Origin: Octopus bimaculoides
Lineage: Eukaryota
NCBI RefSeq assembly: GCF_001194135.2
Contig: NC_069004.1
Coordinates: 10,918,104 to 10,974,361, forward strand
Direction: 5' to 3'
Length of the DNA: 56,258 bases
The notes under the pieces were generated by a model. That model did no database searches. It had not been told where the DNA came from and saw nothing but the letters and a program-made list of their open reading frames with translations. Every line of letters begins with the position of its first letter. Positions within the stretch are counted from its first letter, which is position 1. The translations under genes were made by a program, and so were the position numbers. This document shows positions 12,373 to 22,745 of this stretch, in pieces.

Positions 12373-12939
12373 ATGTGCATCTTTGATAGTGAGCAGGAGT
12401 AGTGGGGAAGCATCATAGCCATATGTTGAGAGGGATTCTTTGGGGTTTGAATAAATGTAACCAAAGCAAAGTTTGAAGGAAGTAGTAACCATTCTTCATA
12501 CTTTCTAGGGGTAAGTAAACAAGAAATAACAGTTGCTACCCGAAGACAAAAGTCGTGTTACACAGTATTATTGGTGGTGATAGTAGTAGTAGTAGTAGTA
12601 GTAATCGTTTTTTTTTTTGTTTGTTTTCTTGTAAAGTGCCTGTCACTGTTGCTGACATATCAGTCGTCAGTAACCTTGCATCGCCATCATCTGCTGCCAT
12701 TGCAATTCACAGATCGATATCTATAACAAACGATGCATCAAATCACTCACTCCTGCTGAGAAATCTAGTTTTTGGTTTTTTAATTGATTACTGTTTTGCT
12801 TGATATTTATTTATTTATTTTATTTATTTTACTTATTATCAACAAGAATTTCGCGATTGATCATAGCATGGAAGGCTTAAAATATGTATATGTCATACAT
12901 AAATATGTACGACATATAAAGTGTATTTCTGTGTGTGAT

Positions 12940-13085
12940 GATGCGTGACCTTGTCGTTAGAGTGTTGCACTCTCAATTGCGAGATCGGGATTTCGATTCC
13001 CAGACCCCACCACGCATTTGTGTCTTTGAGCAAAACACTTCATTTCACGTCGCTCCACTCCATTCTGCTTTAAAATGGTTAACCT
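12940..13085 (+). mobile_element. SINE family D, 5' part (tRNA head plus CORE-like segment)
   Basis: TTTCGATTCCCAGACC B box followed by GTGTCTTTGAGCAAAACACTTCATTTCACGTCGCTCCA, shared with 32409 and 35765. Confidence 0.65.
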
Positions 13086-13644
13086 AACTCGCAAAGTGGC
13101 ATCATTCGAGAGCTAAAAAAAAAATGTGAGACGCATTGTAACTAGCAATATTTAACTACATCCGATATTTTAGTCGATACCGTTATAAGTACAGTATGGG
13201 CCAAAAGCCACGCACCAAAATATTTGACGTTTATATTACGTTATTATTATCATTATTATTATTACTATTATTATTAGTGGAACCTGTGAATATTTCACTG
13301 AATTGATGGTAAACTTATCTGAAAACTTTATCTAAAGAACCTGAAAGCGTAACTCGTGTCGTGTCTGTATCAAAAGATAGTCGCTCATCTGATAATCATT
13401 GAAAAGTGAAGTAAATTGGAATAGGATGATTATTTTATACACTTTATATACACTTTAGGCACAATTTTATAGACTTAATAATGTGGTACCTCTTTCAGTC
13501 CTGTTTGCGTTCTAACAACACTGTATCCTCCCTAATGTGGCCTTGTGTCATTACTCGGGTAACATCGATGTCACTATGAGGGGAGACTTATATGGGTAAC
13601 TGCTAGCCTTTCACTAATATACCATGCCCAAAATTGCGCATGCA

Positions 13645-14040
13645 TATATGACGGGCTTCTACACAGTTTTCGTCTATCAAATTCACTCATAAGACAGTGA
13701 TCGGTCCGAGCTATGGTAGAAGCACTTACTCAATGAGTAAGTGCTTCTGCCAAAGCAGAAACGTTAGCTCGCCGGGCGAAATGCTTAGCGGTATTTCGTC
13801 TACCGTTACGTTCTGAGTTCAAATTCCGCCGAGGTCGACTTTGCCTTTCATCCTTTCGGGGTCGATAAATTAAGTACCAGTTACGCACTGGGGTCGATGT
13901 AATCGACTTAATCCCTTTGTCTGTCCTTGTTTGTTTCCTCTATGTTTAGCCCCTTGTCGGCAATAAAGAAATAAGAAGCACTTACTCAAAGAGAAGCGCA
14001 ATGGGACTGAAATCGAAACTCCGTAGTTGCAAAGGATGTT
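13645..14040 (-). mobile_element. Older SINE family B interrupted by a family C insertion
   Basis: GACGGGCTTCTACACAGTTTTCGTCTATCAAATTCACTCATAAG lies left of the insertion and the head part GCGCAATGGGACTGAAATCGAAAC lies right of it. Confidence 0.7.
13755..13973 (+). mobile_element. SINE family C with 16-bp target-site duplication
   Basis: TSD AGAAGCACTTACTCAA at 13718-13733 and 13974-13989. Confidence 0.92.
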
Positions 14041-15785
14041 TCTCAACCTTACATCCATGCCTGTATTCGGTTTTGGTCCGNNNNNNNNNNNNNNNNNNNN
14101 NNNNNNNNNNNNNNNNNNNNNNNNNNNNNNNNNNNNNNNNNNNNNNNNNNNNNNNNNNNNNNNNNNNNNNNNNNNNNNNNNNNNNNNNNNNNNNNNNNNN
14201 NNNNNNNNNNNNNNNNNNNNNNNNNNNNNNNNNNNNNNNNNNNNNNNNNNNNNNNNNNNNNNNNNNNNNNNNNNNNNNNNNNNNNNNNNNNNNNNNNNNN
14301 NNNNNNNNNNNNNNNNNNNNNNNNNNNNNNNNNNNNNNNNNNNNNNNNNNNNNNNNNNNNNNNNNNNNNNNNNNNNNNNNNNNNNNNNNNNNNNNNNNNN
14401 NNNNNNNNNNNNNNNNNNNNNNNNNNNNNNNNNNNNNNNNNNNNNNNNNNNNNNNNNNNNNNNNNNNNNNNNNNNNNNNNNNNNNNNNNNNNNNNNNNNN
14501 NNNNNNNNNNNNNNNNNNNNNNNNNNNNNNNNNNNNNNNNNNNNNNNNNNNNNNNNNNNNNNNNNNNNNNNNNNNNNNNNNNNNNNNNNNNNNNNNNNNN
14601 NNNNNNNNNNNNNNNNNNNNNNNNNNNNNNNNNNNNNNNNNNNNNNNNNNNNNNNNNNNNNNNNNNNNNNNNNNNNNNNNNNNNNNNNNNNNNNNNNNNN
14701 NNNNNNNNNNNNNNNNNNNNNNNNNNNNNNNNNNNNNNNNNNNNNNNNNNNNNNNNNNNNNNNNNNNNAGACAATATTTTACATGAAATAAATTCGAATA
14801 CAAAAATATTTTTCTATTCTATAACACAAAATAGATAAGTATACGAAGTTTGAAAGTCTTTCGGTACCAAAAACACTACGTAAAACATTAATGAAAAATG
14901 TGGCCCCCGTTTTAAAAAAGATCCGCATCCTCTCTAAGAGGTTTGCTTTCTTATCGAGAGTTTATCTTCCCACTTGTGTTTGTTATAAATGTTGTGGTAA
15001 TGGATTTGTATTGCTTGTGCACGAGAAGCCAACGAAGCGCAGTATTTGTCCACTGTCGTACTCATATTTACACAAATCGCAGATTTTATGTTTACACTTG
15101 AATTAACGTATTTCTTTACTTCCATGAACTCAGTTTAATCTAACACTTGAAAGCTTCTACTTTGTGGTTGACAAGGAGATGATTTTGTATGGCAGGATTT
15201 GATTGCTTATATATACATACATATATTCTGTATCAATCAGTTGTTTGTTTTTTGGCAGTGCATTTATTATCGCCAACGGTTGAACGTGTTTTGTTTATAT
15301 ATTATGCTCTCTGTTTACTGGGCGTTTTGTGTCTGATTACAATAAATTTATAATTGCATTATATATTTAACGCTATATTGTATAAGTTAGCTTACTAATT
15401 CATTTGACTAAACGATATTAATAAATATTTATTTGATCCTATTAATTCCTTTATGTGACACGCTGCGTTTATTGGGCGTGGGAAATCTGAAATGCTGTTC
15501 TATGGTAGGGGGTTTTCTAGTTAAGATAACGTATAAAAACCTGTCTTTTTAATGAAGACTGAAGAGGAAATAAATAGGTGTGACGAACAAACATGGTGTG
15601 AGGAAATGAAGTATGGGTGAGCGGTTCGTGGATGATAAAAGAGGCGAAGTATTAGTATTTGGTATACGGAATGAGACATCGCAGTGTGGGGTTTCGAGCG
15701 AGGTGGTAAAGTGAATGAAGAGTATTACGCATGGTGTTGAGTGTTTCTGGATGTGTGTATTTGGCAGCTAAAGTGCAGTTAAATA

Positions 15786-15958
15786 GGTGTGGCTGTGTTT
15801 TAAGATGTATACTCCCCAACCACATGGTTTCGGGTTCAGTCCCACTGCGTGACACCTTTGGCTAGTCTCTTCTACTATAGGCTGGGGCTGACCAAAGCCT
15901 TGTGAGTGGATGTAGTAGATGGAAACTGAAAGAAACCTGTCGTATCTATCTATCTCTC

Positions 15959-15998
<40 letters not shown>

Positions 15999-16062
15999 CT
16001 CCCACCATCGCTTGACAACCGGTATTGTGTTTATGTCTCCGTAACGTAGCGGTTCGGCAAAA
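15786..16062 (+). mobile_element. SINE family B (3' truncated)
   Basis: GGTGTGGCTGTG head, GGGTTCAGTCCC B box, GCCTTGTGAGTGGAT...GGAAACTGAAAGAA domain and an internal TA/TG microsatellite. Confidence 0.88.
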
Positions 16063-16139
16063 AATATGACAAAGTCTGTGTGCGAATGCATGAGTGTATA
16101 AGTCCTGTAAGGTATGACATTAGAAGGGATATGGACGAG

Positions 16140-17075
16140 GTGTCTTAAGGGAAAGCAAGTTAGTTGTTAAGGCCAGCTAAAAAATTAGGTGAAAGATCAG
16201 TTGTTGTTCTCGACGAAGCCAAGAAATAGGGTACCGTGGTTTTGTTTAATCCTTACAGCAATGAAATGGAAATGAGAGCGAGCTGGGGAACTGAAGTGCC
16301 TAGCCACAAGGCTGACTCCTCTGGTGTTATTAACGTTGAATGTCCAGACAGTGTTTCCTGAAATAATCAAGCAAACGGTGACTAGTTGTCTCCTAAAGTT
16401 CAGAAAGTTACACGGTTGGCGTATAAAGCAGTAAACGATAATTTCTGAGTTGAAAATGTAATGTTCAAGGACGTGAAAGGATCACCCGAGTGTGCCTAAG
16501 GTGGTGTTGCACTGGAGAAAAGGAAAGATTTGTAACGGGAGTAGGTGGTTGGTTGGCACTCCGTCGGTTACGACGACGAGGGTTCCAGTTGATCCAATCA
16601 ACGGAACAGCCTGCTCGTGAAATTAACGTGCAAGTGGCTGAGCAATCCACAGACACGTGTACCCTTAACGTAGTTCTCGGGGATATTCAGCGTGACACAG
16701 TGTGACAAGGCTGACCCTTTGAATTACAGGCACAACAGAAACAGGAAGTAAGAGTGAGAGAAAGTTGTGGTGAAAGAGTACAGGAGGGTTCGCCACCATC
16801 TCCTGCCAGAGCCTCGTGGAGCTTTAGGTGTTTTCGCTCAATAAACACTCACAACGCCCGGCCTGGGAATCGAAACCGCGAACCTACTGGCCTAACCACT
16901 GGGCCATTGCGCTCCAACGGGAGTAGGTAAAAGACACAGGTTGGATGAGACGGTGTGGACCGTTAAGGGAAAGGATTAGGATTGGTGATGGATAGGGTAC
17001 GTGGCTAGAGAGCAGAAATACAGTTAATGGCAAGATCTCAGGGGTGAGCAGTACTGATGGCAGATATGGTGTTAA
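16140..17075 (-). mobile_element. Degenerate Penelope-like GIY-YIG remnant, interrupted by a SINE
   Basis: Frameshifted minus-strand pieces IVYCFIRQPC / ETTSHRLLDYFRKHCLDI / VARHFSSP..SH / RREQQLIFHL follow the PLE consensus VVYCI.C..C...YIGET.RRL.DRF.EH....PVA.HF....H....R...EQ.LIF.L. Confidence 0.65.
16547..16915 (-). mobile_element. SINE family A with 13-bp target-site duplication
   Basis: TSD AACGGGAGTAGGT at 16534-16546 and 16916-16928. The tRNA head has a short deletion. Confidence 0.93.
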
Positions 17076-17099
17076 TCTCGTTATAGAATGTGTGCGTGA

Positions 17100-17480
17100 G
17101 TTTTGCAGTTTGTAAATGAAAGGAGACTTAACACAGGAAAAGGACTTAATATATAGAATATATACATTCATAAAACTACGTAAGGAAGAGTTTAGCTAGT
17201 ACAGGTCTTTCCACATCTCTGATCTGAAATGCTTTAATGCTGATTTTTCTTTGTCATCTGCTTGGTTCACCTTTTCTTTATTATTCCTAAGACATGTGAC
17301 ACCATGTGTGTGTGTGTGTTTATGTGTAGTTTGTAAATGAAAGGAACTTAATTAACATGAAAAAGACTTAATATACAGTATAGAATTTATATGCAAAAAA
17401 TTAGCTAAAGAGGTATGTAGTACAGTTCTTTCCACATCTTCCCTGTTCTTATGACATGTGGCACCATGTATTGTGTGTGT
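17100..17480. repeat. Diverged local tandem duplication (about 225-bp period)
   Basis: AGTTTGTAAATGAAAGGA, GACTTAATATA, AGTACAG.TCTTTCCACATCT and GACATGTG.CACCATGT each occur twice in the same order. Confidence 0.75.
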
Positions 17481-17998
17481 GTTGTCACATGTATGCACGT
17501 GTCAGATCCTATACCCTGTATCCTCATAGATAAACTTCCAGAGGTAAAATAGTAATTTGTTTGCAAACACAAAGCAATGTGCTTGCAATTGACTTGAACC
17601 TAAAACCCACGAGAAAACAAGTCAAAATCAATCTAGTGTTTTCGTGGAGCATTTTATGACAATATCTTTCATATTTCAGTTAAGTGGTTCAAGTAGTCAC
17701 ATAAAAAGTTATTAAAAAAAACTTCATATTTTAGTTAATAAATAACCATAAAAACCTTAATATGTCTTGTTCTCCACCCTCTCTCAACTTATCTTCCTTC
17801 AAACACACACACACACGCATGCATATGTTGCTCGTAAATCAAATATATCATCCACTTTTTGGTGCACGTACACAAACTGTCTCTCTTATGTGTGTGTGTG
17901 TGTGTGTTTGGACAATACATCAATAAACTGTAGAGAGGATACGAGAGGGCTTGAAATATAAATTTATAACACACAAATATTACATTTGAATGCACAAG

Positions 17999-18050
<52 letters not shown>

Positions 18051-18642
18051 ATCAGGTTTAGCAGTGTACCACGTGTGTGTTAAGGTCAGTCAGATTATGC
18101 GTAACTGCTCACAGTATCATGTACCATATAAATGTAAGATTGTTCTGCCGATGCAAAAGATGATTTACCTTTATATATATATATATATATATATATACAT
18201 ACACCAGTAGCAGCGCCAAGCAGCTTTTAAGCATAAGCGAATTATAGGCTAGTTAAAATATGTGTGACGTATTTCAATTCCTAAAGGCAAATTCACTGCA
18301 GTTACCTTAACAGAAGATACTCTCCCTTATGGTAAAAGGTATAAAAACACCATATCTGCTTAGTGTTACCCTCTATCGGATCCTCAGACGCAACGTTTCT
18401 ACTTCTTTAGCCGTTATCAATGGGAAATACTGAAGAGAGGTAACTCGGGGAAAATTTAAAACTGTAGGTTTGACTAAATAACAATCAACACCTTTGACTG
18501 CCATATAAGGAGAAATTTACTAGTATCAACACCTGTAGGTTAGTTAAAACATGTTTGTGTCATATTTGGACATGTTTGTGTCAAATTCATTGCAGTTATC
18601 GTAGAGAAAAAAAATTGTCTCTTATGGTGCCCTGAGGGCGTT

Positions 18643-18820
18643 GAGCTGGCAGAATCGTTAGCACGCCCAGCAAAATGCTTAGTGGTATTTCGTCTGTCTT
18701 TACGTTCTGAGTTCAAATTCTGCCGAGGTCGGCTTAAGCCTTTCATCCTTCGTAGTCAATAAAGTGAGTACCGGTTGAGCACTCCCGAAATTGCTGGCCT
18801 TGTGCCAAAATTTGAAACCA
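18643..18820 (+). mobile_element. SINE family C (internally deleted)
   Basis: GAGCTGGCAGAATCGTTAGCACGCCC head, central domain, and tail CCCGAAATTGCTGGCCTTGTGCCAAAATTTGAAACC. A second partial head follows at about 18843-18900. Confidence 0.85.
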
Positions 18821-18900
18821 AAGCTACTACTATTAGAGCGATCTGGCAGAAATGTTAGCACGCCAGAAAAATTGCTCAACGTCATTTCGTCTGTTTTTAC

Positions 18901-19204
18901 ACCTTGGGGGTGTGCCTTATATCATAGGCCCCTGGCCTGNNNNNNNNNNNNNNNNNNNNNNNNNNNNNNNNNNNNNNNNNNNNNNNNNNNNNNNNNNNNN
19001 NNNNNNNNNNNNNNNNNNNNNNNNNNNNNNNNNNNNNNNNNNNNNNNNNNNNNNNNNNNNNNNNNNNNNNNNNNNNNNNNNNNNNNNNNNNNNNNNNNNN
19101 NNNNNNNNNNNNNNNNNNNNNNNNNNNNNNNNNNNNNNNNNNNNNNNNNNNNNNNNNNNNNNNNNNNNNNNNNNNNNNNNNNNNNNNNNNNNNNNNNNNN
19201 NNNN

Positions 19205-19257
<53 letters not shown>

Positions 19258-19436
19258 GCCAGTTTTTCTCCCCTTCGCCACGACTTGACAACGGTTATTG
19301 GTTAATTTAGGTCACCATGATCTAGTAGTTCAGCAAAAGAGAACCGATAGAATAAGTACTTGGGGCGATCTGTTCGATAAAAACCATTCAAGGAGGTGCC
19401 CCAGTCTGGTCGCAGTCCAATGACTGAATCAAGTAG
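18901..19436 (+). mobile_element. Degenerate SINE family B split by a gap at its internal microsatellite
   Basis: A CCTTGGG...ATAGGCC piece precedes the gap. After the gap come (TG)n and GACCGATAGAATAAGTAC...ATGACTGAATCAAGTA. Confidence 0.7.
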
Positions 19437-20132
19437 ACACACACACACACACACACACGGTATAACGTTGTACACATGCTAAATTTTAATGATGTCATAC
19501 GAAATATACTGAATGACGTCATCAGAATAATATAAGGCTGTTAATAATCTATGCTGTTTCACCTATAAAACAGCAATATATACTGTGAGAAGCGTCTTCA
19601 CTCATCCTTCCACTCTCTCTCTCTCTCTCTCGTCATCACTAACCTACACTGTCTCCAGTGCAGTCTCGTAGAATATCAGTCTTATTGCTTTTATTCCAAA
19701 CTGAAACCTACTAGAAATAGCAACCACATTCCCTCACATTACATCTCATCGTCATAAATAAATACATACGTTATGCAGTTCCTGATTATATAAGACAAGG
19801 TGGTCATAGCGGGTATGTCTGCTCAAACGGGACTGGCTTGTGTACTAAACAACCAAAAGCACAAACATACAACCTGCTAAAAATAGCAGCCATCAGATCA
19901 CTGCGTATCAAAGCGGGAAGGCCATTTGAATAACAATGACCTGTTATATAAAAGGTTGTAACGCTTTTTGTTTTTCTTTCTGCTCTGAGCTGACCAAGAG
20001 ATACAGCAGACCAACGCGTATAAATACGTACCGTTACTTAATTATAGTACATACGTAGATTATTATAGTTACCTATCTACGTATCTGTTTTCTTCCTTTG
20101 TCACTGTGTGTGTGTGTATGTATACACACACA

Positions 20133-20345
20133 CACACATGCTCAATGTATGTGCCTCCGTTGTTCGCCTGTAGGCTGCGGCGTAGCGCGGTGGGGATGCC
20201 TCCGTCAAAGCGACGGGTGTTAAGATACCTTAGACATCTTAAGACACCTTAAGACACCTTAAGACACCTTTGAGGGAAGCAACCCTACGACGCTATTTTG
20301 CAGCTTGTCGGTGAACAATCGGGTTACATTTGTTGAGTATGTGTG
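20133..20345 (+). ncRNA. Long imperfect fold-back (78-nt arms, 57-nt repetitive loop); candidate hairpin RNA
   Basis: 20133-20210 aligns without gaps to the reverse complement of 20268-20345: 54 Watson-Crick pairs, 14 G.U pairs in the + RNA and 10 mismatches. The inverted repeat is certain; its function is unknown. Confidence 0.5.
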
Positions 20346-21574
20346 GTCCATAATGTTTACAACGCTAGCACTGCTTCTAATTCATAATTGAATCAGTCAT
20401 CGGACTGCAGTCATGATGGGGTACCGCCTTGAAAGGGTTATTAGTTGAAGAATTCGACTCCAATTCTTTTTTTTAGTTTGGTACTTATATAACTAATTTA
20501 TTTATCTAAATTATCCTAACACTAGCTTAAGGATAATTAAGTTGTTTTACTAAATTCTTTGCTCTATTTAAAAGTAATTGAAAGAAACACAGAACATCTC
20601 AAAATACATACGGTAACGAAGGGGAATGCTTTAGAAAAGAAAAAGACTTTCACTTCAGTGAGAATTTCTTGTGTAGGTTAATCAATACATTACCACTCCC
20701 CTGAATTATCAAAATTCATAGAACCAGCGAAGTGTCTCAAATGGGACTTTAAACATGCTAAGAATAGCAGCCAAATCTCCATATCACATCCACCGTTTTA
20801 GAAGACGTTACGCTAAGTAATAGTCACGGTTTTCATACAGAGGAAACAAGACGAGATGTTCTCGACTGGAATGCGTTTGATAATTTCTTCTCTATTATAT
20901 AGAATTCCGTGTTCAGTATACACAGTGCCATGATAAAGCCTTCGTGCAATTTTAATAACACAAAGAAAATTTGTACACCAGCTTTGTAACGAATCTCTCT
21001 CTCTCACACACATACACACTCTCTCTCACACACTCAGACACACACAGACTGAATAGACTTGGTTATGTTCCAAAGTGAATATACCGTCTTTAGTCTGTTT
21101 TAAATTTCTTGGTGGAATTGTGAGATTGTGCTCCTAGATTGGGGCTGGCGTGATTTGAGAGAAAATATTTTGCTGAAGTAAAGCTTAATTGGCAGAAATT
21201 CAATGAAAGAAAATCGCTTTTTTATGTAATGAATGTTTAAAAAAATCTTTGTAATATAATTGTAGCAACAAAACGGTAAATGTCAACTTGCTCCGTTGTA
21301 GGACTCAACTTTTGTGGAGCTTTGTTATGTGAGTAATAATGCGATAGACAGAAGCTTTCAATCCGTTAAATTGTTGCCTAAATACACGACAGAAGAAATA
21401 AATTAAAAACACACAAACACCCTAATACACTACGTATGTGTTTGTGTATGCATATCTCAAAACAAGAGATTAGAAAAACTATTTTGGTGCAATTTATTCA
21501 CCATTACATGTGTTTCGTTTGCTAATAGGAGTTACAAGAGTATACACGTAGAAGAAAGATTGAAGATATTTCCT

Positions 21575-21900
21575 TATTAAAAATTCTTCAGACAGAAAAT
21601 CAAATAATAGAAAATTTACATTTCGATGAAGCTTTCATGAAACCTTCATCTAAATATAAATTTTTGGATGAAAGCTTCATCCAAAGGTAAATTTTCTATT
21701 ATTTGATTCTCTGCTTGAAGAATTTTTAATAGCAGATACCTTACCTGATTTTTCTTTGTGTATGCTCTTGTAACTCCTATTAACAAATAAATAGGAGTTT
21801 TATTTATGGGTGAATAAAAACCTACTTTATTTATACTTGGGTTGTGGGTAATATCAATAAATCGATATGTAAAAGAGTACAAGGCTACATAAAACAACGA
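21575..21900 (-). mobile_element. AT-rich Penelope-like RT thumb remnant with terminal inverted duplication
   Basis: FIDIT...GFYSPINKTPIYL...KKNQVRYLL...FIQKFIFR resembles PLE FLDI...Y.KP....YL...GQ..RY...F...L..RGY. A 64-bp inverted repeat lies at 21575-21638 / 21668-21731. Confidence 0.5.
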
Positions 21901-21993
21901 ACCAACGGGCGGAACATACTTACAAGCAACTACATGAATATCACAAAACCAATTTTATATAAATAAACACGTATGTGCATACACACGCACTTG

Positions 21994-22372
21994 TGTTGGC
22001 ACTCGGTCGCTTACGACGTCGAGGGTTCCAGTTGATCCGATCAACGGAACAGCCTGCTCGTGAAATTAACGTGCAAGTGGCTGAAGACTCCACAAACACG
22101 TGTACCCTTAACGTAGTTCTCGGGGATATTCAGCGTGACACAGTGTGACAAGGCTGACCCTTTGAAATACAGGCACAACAGAAGCAGGAAGTGAGAGTGA
22201 GAGAAAGTTATGGTGAAAGAGTACAGCAGGGTTCGGCCACCATCCCCTGCCGGAGCCTCGTGGAGCTTTAAGTGTTTTTGCTCAATAAACACTCACAACG
22301 CCCGGTCTGGGAATCGAAATCGCGATCCTATGACCGCGAGCCCACTGCCCTAACCACTGGGCCATTGCGCCT

Positions 22373-22374
<2 letters not shown>
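21994..22374 (-). mobile_element. SINE family A, full length
   Basis: GGAGGCGCAATGGCCCAGTGGTTAGGG head; high identity to 1238-1621. Confidence 0.92.
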
Positions 22375-22415
<41 letters not shown>

Positions 22416-22518
22416 TATAAGTCCGTCAAACAAATGTATACACTCTACAGGAAAGGAAAAGTCTGTATATATATTTAAATCGTTTAAGTACCTCTATAAA
22501 TATAGATACGTCTTTCGA

Positions 22519-22745
22519 TACATTATTTACGTTTGACGGATATTTGTCCTCATCTTGTTTGTTGTTAACACAACGTTTCGGCTGATATACCTTCCAACCT
22601 TCATCAGGTAGTACCTTGAGGAAATTTCGAACCTCGGTTCTCATTCCCAAGGTATTTTTCGATTTTATTATTATTCAGGTCACTGCCTGGAATCGAACTC
22701 GGAATCTTGGGGTTAGTAGCCCGCGCTCTTAACCACTACGCCATG
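22519..22745 (-). mobile_element. tRNA-headed, hammerhead-containing repeat (PLE terminal-repeat derivative)
   Basis: A box TGGCGTAGTGG (22733-22743), B box GTTCGATTC (22690-22698), then a hammerhead core. Homologous to 26516-26775. Confidence 0.85.
22566..22613 (-). ncRNA. Minimal type I hammerhead ribozyme (PLE type)
   Basis: UACUAC-CUGAUGA-A-GGUUG(GAAGGUAUAU)CAGCC-GAAA-CGUU-GUGUUA: intact core, 5-bp stem II, palindromic ACGU stem III (dimer type) and a short imperfect stem I. Confidence 0.7.

Noticed and set aside
14890-15110. Possible Helitron C-terminal motif (GQ..FVGFS) on the minus strand
   Set aside because: Only one weak motif, with no flanking support.
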